Of a DNA stretch of 52,145 nucleotides, positions 1 to 9,895 are shown piece after piece (position 1 is the stretch's first letter; every line of letters starts with the position of its first letter). The notes below the pieces were generated by a model, which was not told where the DNA came from, did no database searches, and saw only the letters and a list, made by a program, of their open reading frames with translations. Position numbers and translations under genes: made by a program. Source of the DNA: Methanothrix sp. (GTDB lineage: Archaea; Halobacteriota; Methanosarcinia; Methanotrichales; Methanotrichaceae); NCBI GenBank assembly GCA_028688175.1, contig JAQTYS010000001.1, forward strand, positions 1 through 52,145, read 5' to 3'.

Positions 1-127
1 TGAATGGATGGTAGTAAGGCATCAGTGTAAATGGTGTAGTTCTCTTGATACGTCATTATTCACTCATTCGGTTGGTATGGGGTGTTCAGATATTATCAAT
101 ACTGGGTTATTTTCTGCACCAATAACC
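1..127. repeat. Terminal direct repeat, copy 1 (circular-assembly overlap)
   Basis: 1-127 is identical to 52019-52145. Confidence 0.95.
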
Positions 128-211
128 ATATCACAATTAAGAATAAATGGGAGAATTTATCAGTGTAACAAATGTGGGAAACTGTTTAAAGAGGGTGAAT
201 TTGATAGATGA
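8..211 (+). CDS. Small Zn-ribbon protein
   Basis: CKWC...CNKCG motifs; ATGA overlap with next ORF. Confidence 0.6.
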   Translation: MVVRHQCKWCSSLDTSLFTHSVGMGCSDIINTGLFSAPITISQLRINGRIYQCNKCGKLFKEGEFDR

Positions 212-408
212 CTGAATTAAAAGATGCATCAACATCAGAGATATTTAATGAGTTAAAACGAAGATCTGAATCCGATGAAAAGTTATACTCCCGAGAAGGT
301 TGCGATGAGGAATATTGGTGCTCTGGAAATCATAGGATCGTAATATGGGATACCGATGGTATTTGGAGTAATGAAGAAGATGAAAAATATACAGAGGAAG
401 AATCATGA
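208..408 (+). CDS. Hypothetical acidic protein
   Basis: GGTGA upstream; coupled ATGA overlaps on both sides. Confidence 0.6.
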   Translation: MTELKDASTSEIFNELKRRSESDEKLYSREGCDEEYWCSGNHRIVIWDTDGIWSNEEDEKYTEEES

Positions 409-575
409 AACTAAAAGAGCATGGAATCCATATAGGAGACTACACAATATCATTATTCCCTGAATACAAAAAGACTGAATTTAGAAGAGACTCGTTTTTT
501 AGCGAGTGGATGTTTTGTATAAAGGGGTTAATTTGGATCAGTAAGGTTAAGCCGCAATGGAGAGTTAAATCATGA
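405..575 (+). CDS. Hypothetical protein (56 aa, not in ORF track)
   Basis: MKLKEHGIHIGDYTISLFPE...; ATGA overlaps with both neighbours. Confidence 0.5.
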   Translation: MKLKEHGIHIGDYTISLFPEYKKTEFRRDSFFSEWMFCIKGLIWISKVKPQWRVKS

Positions 576-1303
576 AACTAACAGCAAAGACAGAGATAAT
601 AAAAGAGTTTATCGGAATCGCAGACGGAATTAACGTTGAAGAGTTACGGGTTCACGTTGAGGAAGACAAAATCTGGTATCTGACGGTAGACACGGCAAAC
701 GTGGCATTAGCGCTGGTAGAAATACCAAAGGATGCATTTACAGAGTTTGATGTTATCCCGTCTACGTTTTGCCTTGACATGGATAAGTTCAAAGTTATAT
801 TTGGGTTCGGCGGAAAAGAGATTTCCATTATCCGGGATACGGTTGAATCAAACAGTATCGTTGTGGAGTCCGGCGGGTATCGAAGTGTTCAGACTCTTCT
901 CCATGATGGAACAGTTAAGAAAGACCCTAATATGCCAGGGTTTGAACTTCCCGGGAAAGTGGAGATGGTTGGTAAGGACCTGGCATCAATTATTACCAAC
1001 ATATCGAAGATTTCTGACAAGATCCGGTTTGTCGTTGCTGATGGAAAATTCACGGTAAAATCAGAGGCTGAAGGACAGGACAATACAGAGAAGGTAATGC
1101 ATGGAGACGAACTCCTACACATTGGAGGGGATGGGAACTCTATGTTCTCGGCTGATTACCTCATTGGAATGAGCCGGAACTTCAGCGGCGATATTGGAAT
1201 TAGTATTGGAGTTGACCATCCAATCATATTGGAGTTTGGAGTATCGGGTGGAAGAGGCACTGGGAAATATTTGTTAGCTCCAAGGATCGAGGGTGGTGAG
1301 TGA
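572..1303 (+). CDS. pcn: Archaeal-type DNA sliding clamp (PCNA)
   Basis: 243 aa; VDTANVAL (cf. D.s.Val), SMFSADYL and C-terminal YLLAPRIE are PCNA signatures. Confidence 0.92.
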   Translation: MKLTAKTEIIKEFIGIADGINVEELRVHVEEDKIWYLTVDTANVALALVEIPKDAFTEFDVIPSTFCLDMDKFKVIFGFGGKEISIIRDTVESNSIVVESGGYRSVQTLLHDGTVKKDPNMPGFELPGKVEMVGKDLASIITNISKISDKIRFVVADGKFTVKSEAEGQDNTEKVMHGDELLHIGGDGNSMFSADYLIGMSRNFSGDIGISIGVDHPIILEFGVSGGRGTGKYLLAPRIEGGE

Positions 1304-1305
1304 GA

Positions 1306-1665
1306 ATGAGCGATATATCAGAAGCGATGATTATTTTATCAGATAAAATCGGTATTGGTGTTGATACTCTTTATCAACTCAATTTGAGTGTTCAGATGAT
1401 TAAAGCGGTATCAAACATAATCACGATTGCGTCAATATTTGTATTGATAGCAGTTTCAGCGATTATCATTTACAGATGGTATAATACATATAGTATGTTT
1501 GATGATGATGCTGGAAAATTGATTGTATTTATTATCGGTATTATATGGATTGTAATAGGTTGTTTATTTTTTCAGTTCTGCATTGAAGAAACCGCCCTCC
1601 GTATCGTTGCTCCTCAATACGTGGCGATGAAAGATACTATTGCAATGATTGGTAAGGTGATTTAA
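1306..1665 (+). CDS. Membrane protein (2 TM)
   Basis: Two long hydrophobic segments; GGTGA RBS. Confidence 0.65.
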   Translation: MSDISEAMIILSDKIGIGVDTLYQLNLSVQMIKAVSNIITIASIFVLIAVSAIIIYRWYNTYSMFDDDAGKLIVFIIGIIWIVIGCLFFQFCIEETALRIVAPQYVAMKDTIAMIGKVI

Positions 1666-1666
1666 A

Positions 1667-1942
1667 ATGGATCTCGGGGAGTTTATAAAAGGAAGGTGGA
1701 TTCCATATCCTACCACTCCTGAAAAGTTAGAAATCGGTGTATCGATTAAGATTGAAGGGCTTGATGAGATTGAAGAGCGCCTGAAACAGGTAAAAGTTGA
1801 TATGGGTATTATCAATCAGGCAACAGAACGATATACCCATCCTGACCAGAACAACAGTGAAGAATACAATTTAAAACGCCATGTTTTAAGACGGTTTATA
1901 CGGGCGATTGTAAATCCACATCAGAAGGAGTTAGAGGTATGA
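1667..1942 (+). CDS. Hypothetical protein
   Basis: GGTGA RBS, operon packing. Confidence 0.55.
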   Translation: MDLGEFIKGRWIPYPTTPEKLEIGVSIKIEGLDEIEERLKQVKVDMGIINQATERYTHPDQNNSEEYNLKRHVLRRFIRAIVNPHQKELEV

Positions 1943-2196
1943 TACCACAAAGGAGTCGTTTGTTTAAAGTGGCAAAGAAACTACTAAAACAAGCATTTAA
2001 ATATCGACTTGAATATCACTCCGTAATATCCGATATGTATGAGCCTGCCATATGGGTTAATGGCACCAGTGGAGAAATGGTAATAGTAACAGATGTTGCA
2101 ACAGGAGAGAAGATGTTACGGCATATCGGGGCTATCCCCCAAATTTCTGACCGCGGAATCCACCAACATATATTCGAACAGAAGGGCAAACAATGA
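1939..2196 (+). CDS. Hypothetical protein
   Basis: GAGGT RBS, ATGA coupling. Confidence 0.55.
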   Translation: MIPQRSRLFKVAKKLLKQAFKYRLEYHSVISDMYEPAIWVNGTSGEMVIVTDVATGEKMLRHIGAIPQISDRGIHQHIFEQKGKQ

Positions 2197-2402
2197 TTAT
2201 CAACTGGTTAACCGGCATATTCATCGTGGTATGGACAGTAGCCGGGATATACTATTCAGTTAATCCGGTGGTATGGTTCGCAGTGTTCTGGTTATTTATA
2301 GGGTTATGGATGGTGTTGACAGTGTTAGGATGGAAAACAGAATCTGACAACCGCGGTGATTCGTGGGATGGGGTTATTCGGGCATTATTGAGGTGGCAAT
2401 GA
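2193..2402 (+). CDS. Small membrane protein (2 TM)
   Basis: Trp-rich hydrophobic segments; ATGA coupling. Confidence 0.6.
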   Translation: MIINWLTGIFIVVWTVAGIYYSVNPVVWFAVFWLFIGLWMVLTVLGWKTESDNRGDSWDGVIRALLRWQ

Positions 2403-2677
2403 TGAGCACGTTTATGACTGACGAATACCGCGAACGGTTAGAATACGCATATAGTCTGTTTGGCACGTTTGGGAGTTTTACGGCTAAAGACATCCGGGCT
2501 AAAGCAACAGTTATGAACGCTTTAAAATCGAAGGGATACATTAAACGGGACTCAATTCGTGGCCCTTGGCGAGTAACAGAAGATGGTGAAGCGTATATCA
2601 GGAAATACATCAAGAATCCCGAAAAAGTGGAGAACGATTGGGAAAGTAGAAGTGTTTTTGATTCTCCTGATTACTAA
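2399..2677 (+). CDS. Putative winged-helix DNA-binding protein
   Basis: FTAKDI...MNALKSKGYI...WRVTEDG wHTH-like pattern; start moved to ATG 2399 (GAGGTG RBS). Confidence 0.55.
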   Translation: MMSTFMTDEYRERLEYAYSLFGTFGSFTAKDIRAKATVMNALKSKGYIKRDSIRGPWRVTEDGEAYIRKYIKNPEKVENDWESRSVFDSPDY

Positions 2678-2723
2678 CTTTTAACCACAACTATTTTATT
2701 TTTTCGGCGCGTCTAAATACGTA

Positions 2724-2873
2724 ATGTCCTTTACCAGCGTATTAGACTGGGCTGTTCTTGACGAGATGATTCTCGACTATTTTTCAGAGGCGCAGACTGC
2801 GCTTAATCTAACGTGTTCTGTCAATCGGGGGTTAAATCTCAATTGCGGGGTAAATAGAGTGATCACATTATGA
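2724..2873 (+). CDS. Small hypothetical protein (49 aa, not in ORF track)
   Basis: MSFTSVLDWAVLDEMILD...; follows AT-rich promoter-like DNA; ATGA overlap with 2870. Confidence 0.45.
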   Translation: MSFTSVLDWAVLDEMILDYFSEAQTALNLTCSVNRGLNLNCGVNRVITL

Positions 2874-3175
2874 CAACATACGCGAGGGTTGGTTCAACAG
2901 GGCTCAAATTAAATCTTAATCTGGGAACGGACTTAACAGAGGCCATGAGTATACCAACTACGATATATGACCCAGATGGGGTAGTGTTTGGAACTTATTC
3001 GGCAGTAGTATCAGCGACTCCTACCGATATGACGGCAGTTGTGACGATTACAGGCACAATCGTTGATACTGGCCGGTATGTGGTGAGTCCGGTAGTAACA
3101 TTTTCAGATGGCGCGGTTATTCCGGGAGACGCGGCCGCATTTTATGTATACGATATAGACGAGGTAGTAACATAA
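2870..3175 (+). CDS. Ig-like/BppU-N-like virion structural protein
   Basis: Beta-rich Thr/Val composition; GRY...V.FSDG pattern typical of BppU N-terminal-like domains. Confidence 0.5.
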   Translation: MTTYARVGSTGLKLNLNLGTDLTEAMSIPTTIYDPDGVVFGTYSAVVSATPTDMTAVVTITGTIVDTGRYVVSPVVTFSDGAVIPGDAAAFYVYDIDEVVT

Positions 3176-4302
3176 TGGCGTGGGATGACGTTTTAGTTGC
3201 TTATGTGAGTAAATATACCGCTGCAATCCATAACGAGATGGTAACGCAGATTAAAGCGCGAATACTCCATTCTCTTGATACAGAGGCAAACGGGGTATTA
3301 GTGGGAACCGGTGCAGGCGCGTTTATTTTCAAGACGTTAGCACAGTTTAAGGTTATTTTAGGGTTAGGGGGAGGAGCATATTTATCGGTTGGAACTACTA
3401 CCGGGACACTTGCAGCAGGAGACGACTCAAGATTATCAAACGATAGGAACCCTACTGCTCATAAGTCCACGCATGCAACGGCTGGAACAGACGCTTTATC
3501 TGCTTCTGATATTGGGGCAGCAGCCGCAAGCCATGGGCATGCACAAGGAGACATTACCAATCTAACGAGCGATTTATCAGGCAAAGAACCAACAATTACC
3601 AAAAATACAGCGTTTAATAAGAATTACGACACAACCGCGACGAATATCAAAATGGATGGAGTTCAGTCGCTTGGAGAACTCGATACCCTTCCTCGGGTGG
3701 ATCATGTCCATCCAACTGATACAAGTCGGGCTGCAACAAATCAGAAATTAGACGACTTTGGAACTCCTGATGATAATACCGATTTAAACGCAAATACCAC
3801 AAATCACGGATTACTCCTCAAAGCAACTGCACCAGCAGCAAATGTGCTCAATGTGGTAGGGATAGCAAACGGGGAGACAAGTTACGCTAATAAAGCCTTG
3901 TTTGATGCAACCAACCCGGCAATGAATGGGACGGCTGCACCAGGAACCTCTCTCATTGCAGCACATCGGGATCACGTTCATCCAACTGATACAAGCCGGA
4001 TATCAACGGGCGACATTGATACCGATTCTACATTCGCGGCAAATTCTGACTCAAAAGTGCCGAGTCAGAAAGCGGTGAAAACGGCTGCTTTAAATTGGGT
4101 GCCGAGATTGAGAACTTTTTTTACCCCTACATATCTTTATGCATCAAACGGGGTTGAAAAATCAACGATGAATGGTGGGGGATATCACAGACAGGAATCC
4201 GGTGAAAATGGCGATTATTTTATAATACCGATATATTTTAGTGGAACAGAAACAATAATAGATTTTACGTATCAAAAAAAATACAGATCGCGGTATATTT
4301 GA
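3175..4302 (+). CDS. Virion fibre/adhesin protein, N-terminal part (frameshifted at A8 4274-4281)
   Basis: Fibre motifs GTTTGTLAAGDDSRLS, HGHAQGDITNL, DHVHPTDTSR x2, ANSDSKVPSQKAVK. Confidence 0.75.
   Translation: MAWDDVLVAYVSKYTAAIHNEMVTQIKARILHSLDTEANGVLVGTGAGAFIFKTLAQFKVILGLGGGAYLSVGTTTGTLAAGDDSRLSNDRNPTAHKSTHATAGTDALSASDIGAAAASHGHAQGDITNLTSDLSGKEPTITKNTAFNKNYDTTATNIKMDGVQSLGELDTLPRVDHVHPTDTSRAATNQKLDDFGTPDDNTDLNANTTNHGLLLKATAPAANVLNVVGIANGETSYANKALFDATNPAMNGTAAPGTSLIAAHRDHVHPTDTSRISTGDIDTDSTFAANSDSKVPSQKAVKTAALNWVPRLRTFFTPTYLYASNGVEKSTMNGGGYHRQESGENGDYFIIPIYFSGTETIIDFTYQKKYRSRYI
3700..3999 (+). repeat. Two ~30-nt direct repeats encoding DHVHPTDTSR
   Basis: gatcatgtccatccaactgatacaagtcgg (3700) vs gatcacgttcatccaactgatacaagccgg (3970). 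Confidence 0.85.
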
Positions 4303-4303
4303 T

Positions 4304-4510
4304 ATGTATATTTCTATGGATGGTAACACTTATCAACTTGATTCATCTGGTTATGATACATATCGTTCGAGTGCGATGGTTGCAATTGTATCAATTACAA
4401 AAACTGCGCCAATTGCAACAGGATGGAATTATTTAAAAATCGTTGTGAATGGGAAAAATGCATCATCAACTAATTATATAATCGGAATTTACGGTGTGAG
4501 GTTGCGATGA
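4304..4510 (+). CDS. C-terminal beta-sandwich (CBM-like) part of the fibre, +1 frame
   Basis: Removing one A at 4274-4281 gives continuous YQKNTDRGIFDMYISMDG...LKIVVNGKNASS. Confidence 0.6.
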   Translation: MYISMDGNTYQLDSSGYDTYRSSAMVAIVSITKTAPIATGWNYLKIVVNGKNASSTNYIIGIYGVRLR

Positions 4511-4623
4511 TTTGTTATCCTTGCGCCGCTGAAATGACTGTAAAAATAGATGGGAATACTACCATCTATACTTGCCCCGTATGCGGGAGAACCATAACCG
4601 AAAACGTGGGAGAACCCGAATGA
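4507..4623 (+). CDS. Small Zn-ribbon protein (38 aa, not in ORF track)
   Basis: MICYPC...YTCPVCGR; ATGA overlaps at both ends. Confidence 0.55.
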   Translation: MICYPCAAEMTVKIDGNTTIYTCPVCGRTITENVGEPE

Positions 4624-5093
4624 GTGAAAAAAAGTTAGGTAGACCGAAGATACCATATGACCCATTATACCATGATGTAGAGGCAGAACGATATGCAAGC
4701 CAAGGCCTAATCAACATGGAAATGGCAAAAGGACTCGGAATTAGTTCTGATACGTTTTATACGTGGTTGAAGGAACATGATACATTTTCAGAGGCCGTAA
4801 AAAGGGGTAAAGCAATCGCTGACCAGAAGGTTGTTGAATCGCTGTATAAACGTGCTACAGGGTTTACTTTTACCGAAACTAAACACGTGGACGATGGGAA
4901 CTCTGTTAGAATCGAGTCATCTATAAAGTGCATACCTCCGGATACCACTGCCTGCATATATTGGACTAAAAACCGCCTTATGAAAGAATGGAGAGATAAG
5001 GTAGAAACCGAGGTATCTGGGAATATTCGGGTAGTATCTGCTAAAGAATTATCTGACGATGAATTAGCGAGGATAGCAGCAGGGGACAAATGA
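4620..5093 (+). CDS. terS: Terminase small subunit
   Basis: GRP..Y, HTH (MAKGLGISSDTFYTW), VVESLYKRATG, PPDTTACIYWTKNR; directly upstream of TerL. Confidence 0.85.
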   Translation: MSEKKLGRPKIPYDPLYHDVEAERYASQGLINMEMAKGLGISSDTFYTWLKEHDTFSEAVKRGKAIADQKVVESLYKRATGFTFTETKHVDDGNSVRIESSIKCIPPDTTACIYWTKNRLMKEWRDKVETEVSGNIRVVSAKELSDDELARIAAGDK

Positions 5094-6541
5094 GTGCTGC
5101 TTCTGCTATATCCAGTCAGGATGCAGCAATAGAACTATTATCAAGACGCAGGGCACGCGAGAGCCTGATTGAGTTCACCAAGTATACAAAGTCTGACTAC
5201 CAGGTGAACTGGCATCACAACCTTGTCGCGTCTTACCTCGATTCGTTTGTAGCAGGAGATATAAAGCGGCTAATGGTTTTTATGCCTCCCCGCAATGGGA
5301 AGAGTGAACTTGTATCTCGTCGATTGCCCGCCTATATTTTTGGGAAGAATCCAGATGCTTCTATTATTGCGTGCTCGTATTCTGCCGATTTATCAAGTAG
5401 AATGAATCGCGACACTCAACGTATAATGACATCTCAAGAATACACTACACTATTCCCAGAATCGCGATTAAACGATAAGAATGTAAGAACAACTGATCAA
5501 GAGTCATACCTCCGCAATTCTGAACTTTTTGAGATTGTCGGGCATCAAGGGATGTATAGATCCGCCGGTGTAGGAGGGGGTATTACTGGTATGGGTTGCG
5601 TATATGGCATCATTGACGACCCTATAAAGAATCGCGAGGAAGCCAATTCTGCAACATATCGTGAAAAAATAAAGGAATGGTATACTTCAACTTTCTATAC
5701 CAGACTCGAAAAAGACGCAGGAGTTCTAATTACACTAACCAGATGGCATGAAGACGATTTGGCAGGGTGGTTAATTAACGAGGCGGATAATGGAGGAGAA
5801 CAATGGACTGTTGTTTCGATCCCGTCAATTGCTGATGGAGAACTTCACCCAGATGACCCGCGCGTTGATGGAGATCCGTTATGGCCTGACAAGTTTAACC
5901 TGGATAGACTTGATAAGATTAGAGCAGTATTGGGGCCTTATGACTTCTCGGCATTGCATCAGCAGCGGCCTACTCCGAAAGAAGGAGGAATGTGGAAATA
6001 CGAGGATATTAACCAGTATCGGGTAAGGGAACTTCCGATCGGGTTAGTCCGTATAGTGGTGGCTGTTGATCCTGAAGCAAAGAGCACAGAGTCGAGTGCA
6101 GAAACGGGTATAATCGTTGCCGGGTTAGGAGAGGATAAACATGCTTATGTAATGGCGGATATGTCAGTAAAAGGATCTCCTAACGCCTGGGGGAGTCGCG
6201 CGATACAGGCTTACCATACGTTTAAAGCAGATCGTATCGTTGCTGAAATCAATCAAGGAGGCGACATGGTAGAAAGTATCATCAGAAACATTGATCCATC
6301 TATATCATATAAATCTGTTCATGCATCAAGAGGGAAACAAACGAGAGCAGAACCCATTGCTGCGTTATACGAACAGGGTAAGGTTCATCATATCGGGAAC
6401 TTCCCCAAATTAGAGGATCAAATGTGCAGATGGGTTCAGGGTGACAAATCCCCTGATCGGTTAGACGCGCTGGTATGGGGATTAACTGAAATTATGCCGT
6501 CTGGTTCTGACAGTTCCCGGTTTGTTATGAGTATGAGGTGA
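5090..6541 (+). CDS. terL: Terminase large subunit
   Basis: Walker A MPPRNGKSEL, Walker B IIDDPIK, TRWHEDDLAG, nuclease VAVDP...SPDRLDALVW. Confidence 0.96.
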   Translation: MSAASAISSQDAAIELLSRRRARESLIEFTKYTKSDYQVNWHHNLVASYLDSFVAGDIKRLMVFMPPRNGKSELVSRRLPAYIFGKNPDASIIACSYSADLSSRMNRDTQRIMTSQEYTTLFPESRLNDKNVRTTDQESYLRNSELFEIVGHQGMYRSAGVGGGITGMGCVYGIIDDPIKNREEANSATYREKIKEWYTSTFYTRLEKDAGVLITLTRWHEDDLAGWLINEADNGGEQWTVVSIPSIADGELHPDDPRVDGDPLWPDKFNLDRLDKIRAVLGPYDFSALHQQRPTPKEGGMWKYEDINQYRVRELPIGLVRIVVAVDPEAKSTESSAETGIIVAGLGEDKHAYVMADMSVKGSPNAWGSRAIQAYHTFKADRIVAEINQGGDMVESIIRNIDPSISYKSVHASRGKQTRAEPIAALYEQGKVHHIGNFPKLEDQMCRWVQGDKSPDRLDALVWGLTEIMPSGSDSSRFVMSMR

Positions 6542-6544
6542 TAA

Positions 6545-7717
6545 ATGCCAATAATCCGTAAATTAACGTCTTATTTTTCAAAAGAAGTCTCATCGCAGGT
6601 TAAACCACAATCGTATGCAGAGACGTCAGGAACTGTCAAAAAACTCTTTTCTCCAGTTGATCAGAACCGGGCGCTTCAGGAGAAGTTCATAACGATCTAC
6701 GAGCAAGGAGGCCTGATATCAGAAGCATTCGATTTGTATCCTTTGTTTATGTTTAGCAAGGGTTACTCATGGGAAGGAGAACCAAAGGCTATAGACCAGT
6801 GCAAAGATTTTATGACCGGATTTGATTATGAGCAGTCGTTTAACCTCGCTATCACATCCCCTTTAGTTTGTGGAGATGGGTATCAGGAGATTGTAAGAGG
6901 TAGAGCAAGGAACCCATTAGGCCTGTTGTATCGCAATCCCGTCAATTTCGATATTGTTTATGATGAGTATGGGTTAGTTACCGGGTATACCCAGACTATC
7001 AAAAAGACGTTTATCAACAAAGTGATCCCGTTTGATGAGCAGGATATCTTTCATACGCAATTAATCCCGAGTCTAAAGGAGGGAGCAGGAACCAGTCTGA
7101 TGAAACGCGCGTTCGATGACATTACCAGGGATACGCAAATAGCAGAAGGAACATCTAACGCTATCGTTCGGCATGGAACTCCTAAATGGTGGGCTCGGGT
7201 TGGTCAGCCCGGTGAACTCGTAGCGCAGTCTATCATAGACAACATATGCAAGAAACTGGAAGAACTGAACTCTAAAAACGATATAGCCACGCAATACGAT
7301 ACCGATATTAAAATGCTGGATACGTCCGGGGTATCAAACATTCAGTCATATCAGGACGCGTCAATGGTTAGGCTGACTGCATCACTTGGCGTTCCTGGGG
7401 AGTTGTTAGGGTTCAGGCAAGGAACCACTGACAATACAGCAGTAAGCAGGATTGGGGCATTCTTACAGAAGATCAGCACATATCAAACCCGGTTCGCTCG
7501 GCAACTCAATATTCAGGTATTTGACCAGGTAACGGGAGTGCCGGGCGCAGCAAAGATTAAGTTTAACAGTATCCTCCCCAGCCAACAAGCAGAACAGGCA
7601 GCATGGATTATCAACCTGATTAAGGCTAACCCGTTAGACCCGGAGTATTATGCCCCGCGTGAGTGGGTGAAACAAGTGCTAAATATTCCAGACACGATTG
7701 AAGAGGTAACACCATGA
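6545..7717 (+). CDS. Portal protein
   Basis: Position after TerL; GDGYQEI, RHGTPKW, SLGVPGELLG portal-like motifs. Confidence 0.85.
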   Translation: MPIIRKLTSYFSKEVSSQVKPQSYAETSGTVKKLFSPVDQNRALQEKFITIYEQGGLISEAFDLYPLFMFSKGYSWEGEPKAIDQCKDFMTGFDYEQSFNLAITSPLVCGDGYQEIVRGRARNPLGLLYRNPVNFDIVYDEYGLVTGYTQTIKKTFINKVIPFDEQDIFHTQLIPSLKEGAGTSLMKRAFDDITRDTQIAEGTSNAIVRHGTPKWWARVGQPGELVAQSIIDNICKKLEELNSKNDIATQYDTDIKMLDTSGVSNIQSYQDASMVRLTASLGVPGELLGFRQGTTDNTAVSRIGAFLQKISTYQTRFARQLNIQVFDQVTGVPGAAKIKFNSILPSQQAEQAAWIINLIKANPLDPEYYAPREWVKQVLNIPDTIEEVTP

Positions 7718-7947
7718 ATCAAGAAACATTAAGCAAAGCGTTAGAATCTCATTTGAGAGAACTTGGCGGGCCTGGCAGTGGGAGGAAGGCATCAGGGCCA
7801 GGATCAGCAAATCCCAAAGATAAACGATTGAACCGACTAAAACGTATCAGGGCCGGCCCCACTCCTCGTATCAGACGCGTTAAAGCGTTGGATAATGGAG
7901 AAGAGTTTGATATTGAAGAGTATGAAGATGAGGAGGCCGAATCATGA
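7714..7947 (+). CDS. Small protein with LRE-LGGPGSG tag, basic middle and acidic tail
   Basis: GAGGT RBS, ATGA coupling to portal; shared motif (see findings). Confidence 0.7.
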   Translation: MNQETLSKALESHLRELGGPGSGRKASGPGSANPKDKRLNRLKRIRAGPTPRIRRVKALDNGEEFDIEEYEDEEAES

Positions 7948-8303
7948 CAGCAATTGAATTTAAAGTGAATGACCCAGAAGCGCCCAAACTGTTGATTAAC
8001 CTGTTTAACACGGCTCTACCGGAAAGCGGAGCAGATCTTTGCGTGGGGGTATCCGTCACCGGTAGCGGACAGGCCGAATACCTTAACATATCGTTTAGTT
8101 CCCCGGCGAGCGCGGTGTTATCGGTTAAAAGAACCGTAGGAGCCACAACCGTATCCCAGAAACTCAACGGGGGTGCAGCGATTGTTGCAGGACAACTGTA
8201 TCAGGCAACGATTCTTGTAGCGCCTGGGGAAACGATTAATTTCGGGTATGCAGCGACTACGAACGTATATAACCTGATTATTGCCGAGGTTATACAGTCA
8301 TGA
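7944..8303 (+). CDS. Putative virion structural (decoration-type) protein
   Basis: Beta-rich 119 aa in structural operon. Confidence 0.5.
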   Translation: MTAIEFKVNDPEAPKLLINLFNTALPESGADLCVGVSVTGSGQAEYLNISFSSPASAVLSVKRTVGATTVSQKLNGGAAIVAGQLYQATILVAPGETINFGYAATTNVYNLIIAEVIQS

Positions 8304-9163
8304 GCAGCCCGTCTTTTCCGGTATCTGGTAGTGGTAGTAGCGGAGAAGGGACATCTGACCATTCTCTCCTTACTAACCGTGATTCTGCGGACCAACATCC
8401 AGCGGCTTCCATTACTCCCGTTACTACCAATTTCGATGGCAACCTGTCATCGGCTGACGATACGGTTCAGAAAGCGCTTGAAACGCTTGATGCGTCGGTT
8501 GTTGCCAAATCTCTGTTTGACGCGAATACGATTATCAAGGCTGATTCTGATAATACCCCTGCTGCTCTGACAGTCGGAGAACAAACGATAGTAGGCCGTA
8601 TTACGTCTGGGGTTATCGCTGCTCTTTCAGCGACTCAAGTCAGAACCCTCCTCAATGTCGCGGATGGCGCAAATGCATATACGTTGCCTACTGCTGCCGC
8701 TGGCACGTTAGGCGGGATAAAAGTGGGAACCCGGTTATCTATTGCGGACGGGGTTCTTTCTGCCGATGAACAGGCTGGTGGAAGTGGTTCTTATATTATC
8801 CAGAATGTAATACCCGCAGTTGTGTCAGTAGATACAGTATTTACACATTATGTATGCCCTATCGCTGGAACAATATCACTTGCAATGATGAGTTTAGAGT
8901 CTGCTCCAAGTGCTTCTACTACTTACTGTAAAGTTCAGGTTATGAAAAATGGGTTGCTTGAGACCGATTCGATATTTACCAGTGATGCAGCAATGCAGAT
9001 TACAGAGGTTACAAGTGCCACGAATGGGGTTTATCAAGCGAGTGGAACTTTAGATTCAGGAAGAACTGCGGTAGTGGCAGGAGATGTAATCTGGATACGA
9101 GTTAATCAGGCTGATGCAGGATCTGCTGGTTTAAGAGTTCAGGTTAAAATTGATTGGACGTGA
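8300..9163 (+). CDS. Head/tail fibre protein
   Basis: DHSLLTNRDSADQHP and YTLPTAAAGTLGGIKVG fibre motifs. Confidence 0.7.
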   Translation: MSSPSFPVSGSGSSGEGTSDHSLLTNRDSADQHPAASITPVTTNFDGNLSSADDTVQKALETLDASVVAKSLFDANTIIKADSDNTPAALTVGEQTIVGRITSGVIAALSATQVRTLLNVADGANAYTLPTAAAGTLGGIKVGTRLSIADGVLSADEQAGGSGSYIIQNVIPAVVSVDTVFTHYVCPIAGTISLAMMSLESAPSASTTYCKVQVMKNGLLETDSIFTSDAAMQITEVTSATNGVYQASGTLDSGRTAVVAGDVIWIRVNQADAGSAGLRVQVKIDWT

Positions 9164-9168
9164 TTCTG

Positions 9169-9894
9169 ATGGTTGGTAAATATCCGTCAATTTTTCAAAA
9201 CGCCGTGTTATGGGCACCATTACTACATTCTGCCGGGTATACTAACGATATTGATGAGTTCCCAATCATACCAAGTGGAGTTACTGTAACTAACAATGGA
9301 TCATGGACGAAATCAGATTTAGGCAATAATAAATCAGTCTTGGTGTTTGATGGATCTACTAACTACATATCACTAACTGACGATGTTGCATGGGATATAT
9401 ATGATGGTGATTTTACCATTTCGGCATGGGTTAAATTTTCAAGCGTTTCTGTAAGTAATGGGGTGTTTGGGCAACGGGTTGATTTAAACAATTATGTTGC
9501 TCTTCGATGGATTACTGATTCGAACGTTATTTTATTAAATGGGTATTCTGGAGGGACGGTGAATTTTAATTATACATGCCCGTTTACACCAATAGCAAAT
9601 ATCTGGTATTATTTAGTTATAATGAAATCCGGGTCTGCGTGTTTAATGTATATAGATGATATAAATCAGACCGTCACTGAATTACAAGCATGGAGAAATA
9701 CAACAAATATTGCTGCACCGCTTACAGTTGGACTTGGTGGAGCAGTAAATATGTCCGGTTGTATCTATGATTTGAGGATTTACAAAGGCAGGGCACTTAC
9801 ACTTCCAGAGATTAAATTGCTGGTAAAAATCACTCATCCAGTAACAGGTAGTGGTATGATTCCCGGCCCTTACGATTATTGGCGGTTGAGTTAA
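9169..9894 (+). CDS. LamG/concanavalin A-like lectin domain protein 1
   Basis: FDGSTNYISL, FTISAWVK, GCIYDLRIYKGRALT..EI. Confidence 0.85.
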   Translation: MVGKYPSIFQNAVLWAPLLHSAGYTNDIDEFPIIPSGVTVTNNGSWTKSDLGNNKSVLVFDGSTNYISLTDDVAWDIYDGDFTISAWVKFSSVSVSNGVFGQRVDLNNYVALRWITDSNVILLNGYSGGTVNFNYTCPFTPIANIWYYLVIMKSGSACLMYIDDINQTVTELQAWRNTTNIAAPLTVGLGGAVNMSGCIYDLRIYKGRALTLPEIKLLVKITHPVTGSGMIPGPYDYWRLS

Positions 9895-9895
9895 A

